This document shows, one piece after another, positions 23,742 to 38,981 of a DNA stretch of 64,000 nt. Position 1 is the stretch's first letter. Each line of letters starts with the position of its first letter. The translations under genes were made by a program, and so were the position numbers. The DNA is from Octopus sinensis (lineage: Eukaryota): NCBI RefSeq assembly GCF_006345805.1, contig NC_042997.1:149234001-149298000 (forward strand), in the 5' to 3' direction. Under the pieces are notes generated by a model. That model saw only the letters and a list, made by a program, of their open reading frames with translations. It did not search any database and was not told where the DNA came from.

Positions 23742-26700
23742 GTATACACACACATCGCTGCTATTGTTTGTTAGTTTCTCTCAGATTACGAAATTACGTG
23801 TGTTTGTGAACATGAGCCTGCTTAGCATATTAGAAATAAGGTGAACATTCTGAGTTTTAGTGTAACAATAGCAGCAAACTAGACTTTAATAGATAACGTA
23901 TCGTATGTAGAAGAAAGCGTAAGTATTGTTATATACTCTTTTTATATTTTCTCAAGTAAAATTTCATTTATCATTTTTATAGGAAATCTATTATAAACCG
24001 CCACTCCTTCGCATTGCATACATGTCAATTCTTCGAGCAACTATTTGATGAAAATTAAATTAAACCAAGATCTAATTCCTTTCAGTTGTTCTCATTTGAG
24101 AAATAGCCATCGGAGTGATTTGTTTTCTTCATATAGCAGGGAAGTTAATTCATAAATTGAGTCCATAACAGTTACAAAAATTCATTAATACACAATTGAG
24201 TCCATAACAACTTTGAAAATTGATTCTATGTTTACGGCACGTTCTATATGCCCTCCTAAATTGCATTTGTTTATCTGATGTGACTCGTCTCTTGCAGTAT
24301 TCAAGCTGTCATTTGAAGTCTTCTTGATTGTATCAGATATCAGTTTTGTGAAACTAAGTTTGAAACAAATATCACGTTTCTTCAGTGATGGCTAATAATA
24401 GTGACATCATTGATAGATGAAATATTTTTTGATATATGTTATGAATACAGTTTCATGTGTGACTATACAACTTAACATAGGAATTCTGCATCTGTTATTT
24501 CCAATAGAAATAAGTATCATCAGCTGTAAAATATATGTATGTGTGTAAGTATATGTTATGTGTGTAGGTATATAGTTTTTCTTTTCTTTTACTTGATGCA
24601 GTCATTAGACTGCGGCCATATTACAACAGTGATATGCAGAATCTTTAATCGCATGAGTCTAACTCAGTAATTATTTTTTTAAAGCCTGGTACTTATTGTG
24701 TCAGACTCTTTTGCCTAACCGTTAAAATGTAGAGACGTAAATACACCGACGACAATTTAGCGATTTGGCAAATGAGACCAAGAGAATAAGTATTAGATTT
24801 ACAAATTATAAGTCTTGCGTTTGATTTCTTCTTGTAAAATACCCTTTAAGGCGGTTCTACAAAAATGACTGAAACAAGTAAAAGAATACACACACACACA
24901 CACTCATATATACAGCTACACGCACATACTCCCCCATATATGTATATATATATACGGAAAGTAGGATGATGTCACTGCTTTTTGGCCTCAGGAAAACATC
25001 TCATCCAGCTGTCTACCGACACATGGTCTCTGAACATATATATATATATATATACATATATACATATACGTGGACAGATGAAATAACATATGCAGAATTC
25101 CTATATTAAGCTGTATAGTCACACATGAAGCAGTATTCATTCCACCTAAATTCGACAGTTATCTCCATCTATCAGTAAAAAATATAATTTCTATACAAGA
25201 TCGTTTTAATAAAGAAAATTTATTTATCGGACAATACAGATCACGGCAGAATATGAACGCATAACCAACTTTGGTCGTCTCAGTATATATTTTAATTCAT
25301 CATCACATAGCCATCACTGTATATATTTCATATTTTAGCTTATGAGATTGTGTATGTTTATTTATCCCACCCTCAAAATGAAAAACTGCCATCACTGTCC
25401 CGAGTAATAACCATCACCAATTGCCAAGTAGATTTTTCTACTTGTTGATTACCAGAACATGGACTAAAATCTTTTTAAGAAAATACGAAATTACAATCAT
25501 TTCAATGTCATAATTAGCGAAAGCAAAACCGATCAACAACCAAAATACCATTTCTTTTAAAATATATTAAAAATATGTAAACTGTGTGCTTTGTCCTTTC
25601 ATGTTATATATATGCACACACACACACTCACACTCACACGTACATATTTGTATATATATATATATACATATACATGCATATACGCGTTTGTATATTTCCT
25701 ATTGAAACTTACATGAAAATGAACATTAAACAGTAGAACTATACATTTCTGAATATGACACAAACTATGCTAACAAATGCATGAATTTCTGATTTACAAT
25801 CGACGAATTGTAATGGTAGTATAATTTCGAAATGTATTACAGAATGTTTCTTCTACCTATATTTTACTTCATTCGAAAATTTGAATGGCTTGTTAGTCAA
25901 TCAACCCACAGCACATAAAATTACGTGACTCGAACTGACGATCTCTATGTTGTTGCTGAAAATCCATGGTTGCGAATAATAATCCACACCACACATCGAT
26001 CACGATATGATTCGTAATAGGTGAAGACAACGTTAACCTTTGGAAATATATATAATATTTTGACGAATGTGCGTATGTATATTTGTAAGAAGTATGCGAT
26101 GTGTGTTTCTAAGTGTGAATGTGTGTGTGTGTGTGTGTGTTCTTTCAGTGTCGACGCACGAGGTTGAAAATATTAACTCTGTTTCAGTATTAAATTTTAT
26201 GTTAACTGTAACTTATATGCATTTTAAATTTTCCTGGGAGAATACCTTTATTTCGTCACTGCATATCTTGATTTTATCTGTCTTTTCAACTGAATCAAAT
26301 TATTTTAGTTGCGATTATATTGCCGATTTGTTAAAGTGAAAGCTCTTGGGGCCACTATTTCTTACGTTTTGTATCTCCAATCTAAATTTATTGATCATTG
26401 ACGTCATTTTTTAACAACTAAATTATCTTTTTTATTCGCAATATTTCGTTTTTAAACTTCGGTCTTTTTTCAACAAGGTTAACGTGAGATCTTGTACTGA
26501 ACAAGTTGCTGTTATATTTTCGGAAGGGATATACTGCCAAGAGGTCATATACAGTGGCTGTTGTTTATTTCGATTTTTGTTTTCTTAACTCATTTGTGGC
26601 AATTCATATTTTCTCTCACTGCTGTGATATTTTCGGTTATTTCAATCCTGTTATAGAATATTATTGGAATTTTCACGGTACTGTGATGAAACACTTCAAG

Positions 26701-27691
26701 ACAAATTTGATAAAAAAATTAAAAATTAATCAAATTATAACTGATGTATATGTATGGTTTGGTAGTATGACCATAGCAAATACAAAAATATTTTTTATAT
26801 ATTGATAAAGAATGAATATATATCAAAATAATTAAAATGCGAAGAGAAATATAAACTTTGAGGTTATAAAAAGTCTTATACAGAGTATTTGAAAATGTAG
26901 AGCAACGAAAAAAAAACATATTATAAGTACTGGCCAATAAATTACCTTAAATAGATGCAATACAATAATGAATCTTACTGACTATATCGTAAATGTATGA
27001 TAGATTTCATTGGCAATATTTACAGATTGCACTCTAAGAAACATCCCTGGCTTAACAAATTGTTAGTCAGTAACATGTTTCAACCACTTCTCCACATACA
27101 CATTTTCTCTGTCTTATACAGGTAACACAGCAATTTTCATTTCTCAAAGATAAACTTGCCTGCACGGTTCATGCTTTCGATCGCCATCGCCATAATAGAT
27201 CGCTAACCACTACACAGCATTTCTTTTCCCTTCTTGTTTCTTTCTATATTCCTTTCTGTGGAAGATCGTAGATTCGTAACGTTAAAGACGTTTTCACTTC
27301 TCAAGCGTTATACTAATACATATGTTTGTTGTCTACACCACCTGTCTTCGCCTTTTGTTTTTCTTTTGTGATTTCTACCCCCTATACATATACGTATATA
27401 CATATATATATATATATATATAAATTATTTTGGCTTGGTTTCCAATAGATTTGACTCAAGATGGACAGGCACCCCTCGGCACAAGTCCATACATTGATTC
27501 TAAATTATCTGCCAATCCCTTTTGCGTAGATAACTTCCATAATATATATTCGCCACCCGCTTTCCACCATGCTTCTTTTAAGTGAGTTTTATATGGTTTA
27601 GAGGTTCATTTGTCTGCCATGTCTACTAAAGCTGGTACTCTTCAGCAGCATATTTATATGACATATATAAATGTGCATACATATATGTATG

Positions 27692-27790
<99 letters not shown>

Positions 27791-28046
27791 CAATGGAATA
27801 ATTACTATGAAGCATTGAGAAGAAAAAAAACTGTATATAGGATCTTGGTTAAGGCCAGAACAATGCAAAAGTAAATGCAAAAGTAAATCACAAGGAGAAA
27901 AATATATGAATTAATGTAGACTCAGTAGTGACCCCAATGTTGCCGATGTGCGTGTGTGTGAGCGTATGTTGAGCGGACATGCGCGGAAAGGTGTTGCTAT
28001 ATCAACCAGCTAGCTTACTGTATTTCTCTTCTGTTGTTGATCTCAG

Positions 28047-28150
28047 GTTTCTTTTGGTGTATGAGGATGGCCTCAGAGATTCTAAGGTTTCCCGTGCACT
28101 GCTGTGTTGCCTTGAAAATAGGGTCATAACTCCGAAATATTTAATACAAG
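28047..28150 (+). CDS. Candidate internal coding exon of an unidentified host gene
   Basis: Pyrimidine tract TTTCTCTTCTGTTGTTGATCTCAG before and AAG|GTACGT after. Only one frame is open: FLLVYEDGLRDSKVSRALLCCLENRVITPKYLIQ. Non-repetitive composition. No homolog recognised. Confidence 0.4.
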
Positions 28151-28247
28151 GTACGTCTACATTAATTCATGTTTCTTTTCTTGTGCTTTACCTTGCATTT
28201 CACAATGATCTAGCCTTACCCATAATCCTTTATGCAATATATATGTA

Positions 28248-28320
<73 letters not shown>

Positions 28321-28650
28321 GCATGGCTCAGTGATTAGAGCGTCGAGCTTACGATCGTGAGGTTGTGAGCTCGAATCCCGGACCGGGCTGCGTGTTGTGT
28401 TCTCGAGCAAGGCACTTTATTTCACGTTGCTCCAGTTCACTCAGCTGTAGAACTGAGTTGCGACGTCACTGGTGCCAAGCTGTATCGACCTTTGTCTTTC
28501 CCTTGGATAACACTGGTGGCGTGGAGAGGGGAGGCTGGTATGCATGGGCGACTGCTGGACTTGCATAAACAACCTTGCCCGGACTTGTGTCTAGGAGGGT
28601 AACTTTCTAGGTGCAATCCCATGGTCATTCATGACCGAAGGGGGTCTTTA
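28321..28650 (+). mobile_element. tRNA-derived SINE, family B (Val-like head), apparently near full length
   Basis: A-box TGGCTCAGTGATTAG, loop CTTACGAT, B-box-like GCTCGAATCCC, then the TCGAGCAAGGCACTT central block. It sits between (TATC)n and (TA)n. Paralog at 56940-57270. Confidence 0.85.
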
Positions 28651-28662
28651 CCTTTATATATA

Positions 28663-28699
<37 letters not shown>

Positions 28700-29387
28700 C
28701 TTTATATATATAATATATATATTATATATATTATAATATATATATATATAACTTTATATATATATATAACTTATATATATATATATATATTATATATAGC
28801 TTGCGCGCACAATAACTGGGTATTTACTTTATACTTTCCTTTGAAGTTGCGAGAATAGAAGTATGATTAAATTTGTCAATATGTAGTTGAGCAAGCTAAA
28901 AATTTCATTTCATTACGCATGTCATATCAGGGCTTGTTTTCTAGCACAAATGTCACTTTGCAGGTGATTAACAACAGGTAAACATTACATAAATAATTCC
29001 CGAGAATGTATCCTCTAGCATACTTGGGGGGAATACTTCTGTAAGCATACCTCACATAAGCCTCCACATTCCTCGTCGAACAGATCGCTGACAACGGTGA
29101 AGTTTCGTTTGCGACATTCTTGACGCAGAAATTGGAGCCGTTGTGTCACATCGTTCTCTGTTCGTGCCGTTCTGGCAACTTCCCGCAGCCGCCGATAGAG
29201 CTTGATTCTCTGAGGAATTGTGTGCCAGAATTGTACTATTTAAACATTTCACCCAAAGGTGTTCGTCACCGAATTTTACAGTCAGTTGTTACGTATTTAG
29301 TGATTGCAAACCATCTTACTCTGTCACCTCTCTCTATCCTCCTCTCTCTATTTATGTAGATATACACACACAGAGAGACTTATATAT

Positions 29388-29428
<41 letters not shown>

Positions 29429-31829
29429 TCACAGGCACAAAACGAGAGTGAGAAATTTGAATAATGTTCTTAAAAGTGTAAAAACTCCAAGTATCAAGTG
29501 GAGTTAATTATTTTAAATAATTTTATTCGCAATATCTTTCAACCTCAGATATTGGGCTCATTGCCAGTCTGAGTGAGTCAATTCCAATCGAATATTCTTA
29601 GTTACTCTCAATAAAAGCTATGTCAGTATATCTGTATATGTCTTTGAGTATGAATGCGCGTGAGTGTATGTGTATGTATACTGGGTGTGTACATGTAAAC
29701 TTAGACTTGTTTATTACTTTCTACATAATTTAAGGAAATTTCTGGAAGCGTTGTCAATAAAACCAGGATAGCAAACTTATTAAAACACGAGAATACAATA
29801 AAATTTATTACGAGGATATCACATGGTTAATTTTTCGAAGAGTAGGCGGAAAAGCTACTCTTCGAACGTATAGAAAAAAGTTAAAACATTTTCCTTTTTA
29901 ACGTATTTGAAATTCTTTTTAAGGACAGACGTTTATTGTTATTGTTTTAATCTATTTCTTTAACATAAAAATACCATTTTTTTACTGTATTCCTTTTACA
30001 TTAAATCATATTATCAATTCTTAGCTCAAACACATGTGAGATGTTTTTGTCTTGTGCATATATACCAGGCTAAATATTTGAAACCATAAAACCCACAAAA
30101 GAGTGGTTTCATTTCTTTACCTCTAAAAGATATGCTTAATAAAAATGTTTTGAAAATGCTCGATAAATGGAATAATATGAATCACCCGCAACCAAAATAA
30201 TATCTTGAACGTTTGTGATTGCCCACATTTCTGTGTTTTGCGATTTATTGTGTTTTGTGTATATGCGGCTGAAATATGGATATTAAAAGTAACAAAAACA
30301 TATTAAGACAAAATAGAAGGATTCGTATTTAGGAATATTTACAAGAGAGAGTTATGAAAAGAAAAATTTATAACGCTTTTCAATACTTAAGAAACCACAG
30401 CAATAAAAGTTGCCTGTGAATTAATAGTTCTGGGAATTCTTAAGTCACTATGCCCGTATCATTTATTTAATATCTTGTTTTGATGTATACATACGTTTAT
30501 GTTTTCAAAAACATTATTATGTCAAGAAGCTTTCAACGATTGTAATTTTTTCTTTGGGTTTCTTTATATCAACATATTTATAAATAATACATAAATTGTG
30601 TTATTTTATTGTATTTCATATTCGATATTCCTTCTGCGTTCTTCACTGTTATTGCTTGGAGCCATTTCTATAACAATTATTCAGATGGAAATTGTTGTTT
30701 TCTCCACCATTTTTACTTCAATATATTTGTCACTTCGATAAATTTATTCATAAACATATATTTCCATTCTAGCACTTCATATAAATAAATGCATTTTGTT
30801 GACTACACCACTATTCAATGTGTCAACTGATCAAACGTTTTATAAGCGAAAAACACTGATAGATTGATTGATTGATATTAATGTATTTATGCGAACATAG
30901 CAGATAATTTTCACAGTTTGTGAAAGCAATATAAATATAAAAGAAATAATTACTAGTAGGCAATCAAGTCAAGAGATGTAGAATAGATAAATCATACCGT
31001 CATGTTTTGAGATATCATTATACCGAAGTAGAATGTGAAGTTACATTATGTTATAATTATGAAATCAAATATTTGCGACTTTTGGTAACCACATTGATAC
31101 GATTGGAATACATACATTTCTTAAAACCTGTGTCGATGAATGCAGGAACCATATAGAAAGCAATTACAAACAGCTTATATTTTAGGTATGGAATACAAAG
31201 CTAATGGATTGGTTTAGCGTTTGAGGTCGATTCTCAGTATGTGTATCTATCGTAACCAGGAAGAGAGCGATATACTTGTACCAAGGATGTACATCACAAT
31301 CAACTAGCTAGTTCTTAAGAACAGGGCATGATGGTGAGGTAATATATTTTCATCAGTAGGATGCTTATTTTTGTCTAGAATATTTGTTTAATTTCAGCTT
31401 TACAATGTACGTGACAGCCAATATTCATTGTGGATCTGGTTTGAGCCTGGTATGGGGCTGGAAACTGGAGCGTACTATTTTGTAACCTTAAAAATACGCG
31501 TGTTTGAGATGCCGGTTTTTTCTAATGGTAGGAATGTTGTTGCTAGAATTCAATGAGGTATTTTGTAGGCTATCATTTGTAGTGTCCTTGAGAATCTTAT
31601 TAATAATCGGTCAACATGAGATAAACAAAAGAAACTAACTGTTTCATATATTTGGGAAACTATAATGTTTTTCTGATGACAAAGATTTTTGGAGAATATT
31701 TTCAAGTGTATACTTTCAAGATTTCTGCTGATGAAGGCACTATTGATTTAGTGAATGATTTAGGTTGTATGTGAGGGTAGGCTGTACGCAGAAAGTTAGC
31801 CTTGTTGAATGGTTATCGGAAAGTTTTCC

Positions 31830-32410
31830 TTATTTAATGCACCCATAAAACGCGCAAATTTATAAATTATAAGTCAAAGGTTGATGAATCACCACAAACT
31901 CCTATGTTGCCTTCAGAAAAATATTTTTTAACAAAAGACAATGAGTGCTGGAAAGGTAGTGCATGTTCTTAGATGTTAGCAGTTTTCTTGCTTTCCTGTC
32001 CAGGTATTGGAGTTCTGTAAGATTCTAGTTAATGATGTTAAAAAGATTAGTGCCATGTAAGAGAATAATAGGGAGAGTGAGTCACCTTGAAAGATGTCAC
32101 TTTGATGTTGATATTGTTAGATTGGCTCAATCATTACTATTGTTTAGGACATGTGTATACCACTTCGCCACACTACCTTGTAAACATTTAGAGACTACAG
32201 GAGAGAGCTTGCATAACTCAAGGGCTTTGAATAGCGAAATATATAGGACACTATCAAACGCTTTCCCGTAGTCTATCCATTTCAGACTCATGTTCCTCCT
32301 GCAATTCTCTACAATCATTTTATTTGTGAGTAATTGATATTTGCATCCATAAGAATTCCTTTTATAACCATTTTGAGCTTGTGGAAGGATAAAGTTCTGT
32401 TCCAGGAAAG
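31830..32410 (-). pseudogene. R4/Dong-like RT fragment
   Basis: KWIDYGKAFDSV (ORF 32127-32318) followed by DIFQGDSLSLLF; same motif style as 4640-7170. Confidence 0.7.
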
Positions 32411-32443
32411 TGTATATTCTTTCAGTTAGTATGGATGTGAGGA

Positions 32444-32508
<65 letters not shown>

Positions 32509-32536
32509 ATTATTATTAATAATAATAATAATAATA

Positions 32537-32582
<46 letters not shown>

Positions 32583-35370
32583 CCTTTCTCCTATACGCCA
32601 GAAATTTGGGGAGATTTTTAGGGGTACTAGTCGATTACATCGTTCCCCAGTGTTTTACTGGTGCTAATCAAATTTTTGCTAAGAATTACGTCGCAAAATA
32701 TTACATCATAATCAAATGGAAAACAGGTTACATATTACACAATTTGACATTAAGGCAATATTGTCATAGTGCGATATTTTGTGCCGTATTTTGTGGCGCC
32801 TAAATCTGAGTGAAGTTGTCGCAATGAGAAAGCAGCTGTTTAAACGAACGTAATTACATATTGTCAAATAATTTTTTTAAAACTGTGCGATCGAGTATTT
32901 CATTTATTTATATGTAAGTCAAACTATATTTCGCTCGATACCATATTGATATTTCTTTAATATACGTATTTTCTATAATTTCTGAATTCCTAGTTTGTGA
33001 AAACGTACGTACCCTTTTGCATACCTAACGAAATGTCAATAATTTTGTTTCAGTTATTTTAGGTAAATGTGTAGCGATAAATTTGATATTAGATCTATTT
33101 CATATCATTTAACGGACTTTTTCATGCAAACCACGTTATTGAATTAATTGAAAATACGGTAAGAATTTATTAATTTTGTTGCAAGAATTGGCTCATTAAG
33201 TTGACATAACCACCAATCTATTACTTTTATATCGTGTCTAGCTTCAACGAGGAGTGCCTATGACATTGTAGACGATCAGATGCATTTTATAAATCTATAA
33301 ATACAAACATTATAACTTGCTTTTGATTCATGTCATATTGTTATAATATTCATAGTATAATACTTTCTGAATACTGATTTATATTGAAGCTTCCAAGATT
33401 TAATCATTAATAATTCAAAGTGTGTTCGATGATCGACAGCTGTGTTTTTGATTACACCTAAATAGTTTAGCATGCACTTCAGTCATCTGCCTTCGCTGCT
33501 TCATAGCTTGAGTAATTTGTTTCCTCTATGCTGGGATATTAAATGAAATTCTAACTTCTATCATACTTGAACGTATTCGCGTATAATCTAATGTTGACTC
33601 GGTATATCTGTTACAAGGTTACTCAATTTAACCTTATTTATGTACATAAGAAAGTAGGCGACATGATCACTCCGTTGTTTGCATCTTGCTTAAAGTACAT
33701 TCTATTAATATCCTCGAAATAATCCCTTAAAATTGTTATTATATATTTCTTATCTTCATTAAATCGTATTTTCGAAGATCTCTGAATATATCCACATGAT
33801 TACCACAGTTCATTTTCGATAGAAATGAAGATGATAAACTAAGAAGCAACATTGTCATGTTCTTAATCATTCCTAATGATTTTCTCCTATCATTTCGTTA
33901 ACAATGTTTGTCAAGATTTCAGCTGTGTGATGCGTGATATTCTGTGATACATAATTAGACTTCATACAATACTATAGTTCAGTTGTTGCTCATAATTACG
34001 AGTTATAGAAAAGAAGCCGTACGTAATACCTATTCTAATGGGTGACTGCCTTACTATAAATCTTAATTACATACTGATAACGAGGAATGTATTTTGGCTG
34101 ATTGGGAATCATGAAAATATATATATCATCCCAAAACAATAATTTAGCTCTCAATTATTTGGAAAATCATAAGAGATTGCCAGCAATAACTCATAGTTTT
34201 AAACTTAAGAAAATTGTGTAAATATTGAATATACTCAAGTCAGATTTACACCGAACTTACTCTTTGAGACAGACTGAGTAAGTTAAATATCAAGTGTGTG
34301 TATATGTGTGTATGTGCGTGTATGTGTGTGTGGTGGGGGAGGTGATAGTGAAATATAGAGATAGTCTGATTAATCATTAGTTTATAATTCAGTAAGATAT
34401 CTCCTGGAAAAATTGTGAATTTGTTTTCGAATTTGAACTTAAATATAATGTGAAAACCTTGTTGCATTAACAACTAATATTATATTCCTTGCATAAATTT
34501 TCAATGAGATAGCTTTATTGCTGCCTTTACATTATTTGAAGCGTTTTATGTTAATAAATCAAAAGTGTATCGATCTGTCAGCTGAAATATCATTGGGTAT
34601 TCATTGCACATCTTTATAGCATTGCACCCGTGGATCAGACAATTATTTCATATAATTGCAGGACACTTAATTGTAAGTTCTGTATAATATAATATATACA
34701 GATACCTAATAAATATGATCTAATTAGCTTTGTATTAAATATAACATGTCTTAAGAATTCAGCAACGCTATTAATGCGATTTAGTGACTGTTCAGTACTG
34801 ATCAGTTATAACTATGATCTAAATTGTTCGTCACCTCGAACATCAAGCCTTTATAGTTAATATAACGTATAAAGGAATTTAGTATACAATGCAAGATTCC
34901 CTTCTTTGTGCTTTAAGATGGAAAATAAGATAAAATTTAATTGTTGTATTTTGTGGTTTAATTTATGATTATAATTAATCGATTGAAGAATATCTCAAGA
35001 TAAGCGAATGCATTGCTTTGGTAGATTTTCATTACATTTGTCAGATACTTTCCAGAAAGCTTCAGTCAATTATCTGACGTAGTACGTGCCAAGATTGTTG
35101 AACATACTCCTATGCATTAGACAAGCATTATTGAAATATTTTAAAACACTGAATGTCACAATATTAAGGTCTCTAAACCGTGAAACCTATATGAACTCTT
35201 GGCATAGTGTGATGCCTTACATATCCGCTTCTCTATTAATTTCACTTATATATGTACTTTCCAAATAATCACAGCTGACTGATAATCATTAGTTGCATAT
35301 TGGTGGATATGACGGAAATAGTTTTAATTTTATCTCTTTCACTGGTTTTTCTTCTTTTGCCATTGTACAG

Positions 35371-35436
35371 CCGATATATGGGGGCAATATGTATGTTTAT
35401 GCGTGCACACTGGCAAAGATACAGATTTTCTTCTGG
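35371..35436 (+). CDS. Candidate 66-nt internal exon (phase 1-1)
   Basis: Long pyrimidine tract ending TTCTTCTTTTGCCATTGTACAG, donor TGG|GTATTT. The frame DIWGQYVCLCVHTGKDTDFLL is phase-compatible with the 28047-28150 candidate. All three frames are open, so support is weak. Confidence 0.25.
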
Positions 35437-35737
35437 GTATTTTGTAAAGTGTTATTCATAGAATCACTAGCTTACATTTTGACATGAAGGGAGATACAGG
35501 AAAAAGGAAAACCGGTTTACATTACGAAAAGAATACACAAATGAAGAAACCCGCATACACAAACATATAATGAGTACACACATATATTATTATGTCTGGG
35601 GACAACAGACATAATAATGTATACAACTTAACAGTGTGCAGCAGTTTGCAGCCAAACATGCATAGGTCCAAGCGAAATACGATGTAACTAAGTACATATC
35701 TGCAAATTTCTGTTCTCCTGATCTTCATTCATTTCAT

Positions 35738-35799
<62 letters not shown>

Positions 35800-35800
<1 letters not shown>

Positions 35801-35915
35801 TTGTGTATCAGTGTTTGTCTCCGCAATATCGCTTGACAACCGATGCCGTTGTGTTTCTGTCACCGTAACAAAAAGCGAAGCTCCAATATGGCCGCAGTCA
35901 AATGACTGAAACATG
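35800..35915 (+). mobile_element. SINE family C tail fragment
   Basis: GCTTGACAACCGATG...CTCCAATATGGCCGCAGTCAAATGACTGAAAC, the conserved tail shared with the other family C copies. Confidence 0.65.
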
Positions 35916-37358
35916 TAAAGAATGAAAGCATATATATATATATATATATGTGTATGTATGTATGTATGTGTATGTATGTTTGTATGTGTATACATATATG
36001 AATATAAGCGTCTATGTATATACATACATTGTTTTATCGTCTATGAGTATTGGTATGCAAGAGAAAGGGAGCTATGCTTCCAAAACAATGACAATTGATG
36101 TCTTGAATTGTAATTAAAAACTTCAGGAACACATCGGTAAAAATGAAAAGACCCCCACTTATTTTCCATCTCCCTTTCTTTCTATTTCATCGCTTTATTT
36201 TTCTTCTTTCTTTTCTTTCTCTTTTTCTCTTCCCCACAAAATATTGACATCTTGAAATGACATTAACACCAGCCACCTGTAAATCCCAAATCATCCCCAA
36301 ATACATTCTTTGATTCATTCTTCTCGATTTTCTTTTCCCTATACTTTCTATATTCCCCTCTCACCTCCTCTCAGCTCTTCCTTCCTCTTTTCTCTTTCTC
36401 GTTTTGTAGTCTTTACAATCTATATAAAAAGCAATGAAATTTTACAGAAAATCTATTCTAAAAAGTCCCCGCGAATGAACGAATGTGCTAAATAAAGAAT
36501 TTATCCAAAATTCTGACTTGCTTCTTTTTCTGTAATATACAACATCTGTAGATCACTTCTTACAATCTATGCATATATGTTTGTATATATAAATATATAC
36601 TTATAACTATAAAAGCTTTATATGCATATATATATACATCCATACAAACATACATATATATATATATATATCTTTCCCCTCTTCCTTCCATCCTCTTTAA
36701 TTCCTTCTTTCTCTCTCTCCCTACTCTTACGAGACCTGGTCAATCCTTGGCGCCCTCTGTGTCTTCCACGCTCTTTAATTCCTTCTCTATCTTTCTCTCT
36801 TTCTCTCTACCCTCATGTGACCTGCTGAATAACCAGCCATTTCGTTGGTGACCGCAGCCCGTTCAACATCGTTCCCCTCTGCCGTAAAGGCGATTTTTCC
36901 AAAGACGCCTGCTAGATAAGTTGAATTTGTCTTAATTTGTCTAAAGTCGTAAGACACCTGCTGTTATCCTGTTATTACCATTCTTGTTTTTATTTTTATT
37001 TTTGTTTTCGTTTTTTGTATTTATATTCGTGTGGCTTCGTCCGTTTTTCTGTCCTTGTTGCGTTTACATTCGTTCCTTTTTCCAAGAAATCTAATGCTCA
37101 CAGATTAGTTTTTCATTGGGGCTGGCCGCATCGGAGCAAATATCAGAATTAATCAGCCGAAATTTGCTATGATGATCCGGTTTCTGACTGAAGATTAAAG
37201 GCTTCGAATGACCCGTCTGTTTTCTGGGTTCGTCCCTTTGTGTATTTCACGTTCTTGTTTCTTTATATATAATTTTTATACCTATATTATATATATATAT
37301 ATATATAGGTATAGATATATATATATATATATAGGTATAGATATATATATATATACAT

Positions 37359-37407
<49 letters not shown>

Positions 37408-37782
37408 TTAAATATATACACATATACTTAAACATATGTATGTGTGTGCTCCACCATGACCACAGTCAAATGACTGAAACATAGTCGCGTCTATCTCTGG
37501 ATACTTGCACTCTCTGGACTTTAATCTACATGGATTTACAGAGGAAAGCACCTAAAATGTTACGGACTTCTACACGAATCTGAACCTTTATGCCTATTTT
37601 TTCTTCCCTTTCTTCGTCTCCTTATTCCTTCACTCCTTTCCTCTATGTCGCCATTTCATTAATCTATACCTTTCACATTTTCCCCATTTGTCTCCGATGA
37701 CCGAGTATTCCATCCACAAGGAAATCCCAGAAACTACTGTAGGACTTTGAATTTTTAATGTATATGACTTGAGATGTTTCCG

Positions 37783-37824
<42 letters not shown>

Positions 37825-37841
37825 TGTGTGTGTGTGCGTGC

Positions 37842-37909
<68 letters not shown>

Positions 37910-38084
37910 GGTATAAAGATTTATTTGTTTATTCGTTTCAGCCATGCAGCAGAGGTTATGCTGGAGCGTAACTGGGAAATTTATACTTTCATACAAATAT
38001 TAGCAAAAAGAGCAAAGATACTTTTCCTACCATTCTGACATACGGCCGGTTTCCCGGATTCTGTCGCAAGATTACTCGTCCTTG

Positions 38085-38206
38085 CTTGCTCAGGGAGATT
38101 CATAATTTGAAGTGTATTGCTCAAGAACACAACGCATCACCCTCTTCAGGAATCGAAACCATAATCTTACGTCAATAATGCAACACCTTAGCCACTATAC
38201 CACGCT
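38085..38206 (-). mobile_element. Decayed tRNA-derived SINE head (family B-like)
   Basis: Minus strand GCGTGGTATAGTGGCTAAGG...GGTTTCGATTCC...GTGTTCTTGAGCAATACACTT. Confidence 0.6.
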
Positions 38207-38221
38207 TTACAGTTATCTATT

Positions 38222-38252
<31 letters not shown>

Positions 38253-38790
38253 CTATCGATCGATCTACCTATCTATCTATCTACTTGTCTGTCTATCTTT
38301 CTATATATCTTTCTCTATCTATCTAAGGTGGAACAGAAAAAACCCAACGAGGAAAAAATTAGACGAAAAGACAGCAAAAGGAAGACGGAAAAACAAGGGT
38401 AGACCAGAAAGAAAAAAAAACGCTGTATGCAGAAAATTAGATGAAACTATACCAAACAGGAAGCTGGACTAAAACATGATACAAGGACTATTCGCAGATG
38501 ATTTCCTCCAGTACTTTAACCTATACGCGACTGACGTTGCCTTTATCATCACCATCGCCAACGTATCCCACCACCGTCCAAACAATAAATTCACCACTAC
38601 CATCCTCATCATCATCATCATCATCATCATTGTATACTACAGTAGAAAGAACTGTAGTACTGTGAAATTCCTTGACGTTATAGGGTCTCTAATTGTGAAA
38701 AGAGTAATAGTAGTAGCTGCGTCAGGGATATCAGCAGCAGTAGTAGTAGCAGAGATATTATTATTATTATTATTATTATATTATTATTAT

Positions 38791-38831
<41 letters not shown>

Positions 38832-38929
38832 ATATTAGTAAGTATTTTATATTGTTGTCAGCGGAACCCTTTTCGTGTAAACATGTTTTGTATGTGTGAC
38901 ATGTACACCAATATTAGATAACCGTTCTC

Positions 38930-38981
<52 letters not shown>

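Noticed and set aside
28321-28390. Genuine tRNA-Val genes at the SINE heads (also 56860-57010)
   Set aside because: Acceptor stems do not pair and the heads continue into multi-copy SINE bodies.
31725-31810. CTGATGA-AGGC...GCCTT
   Set aside because: No correctly placed GAAA or stem III.
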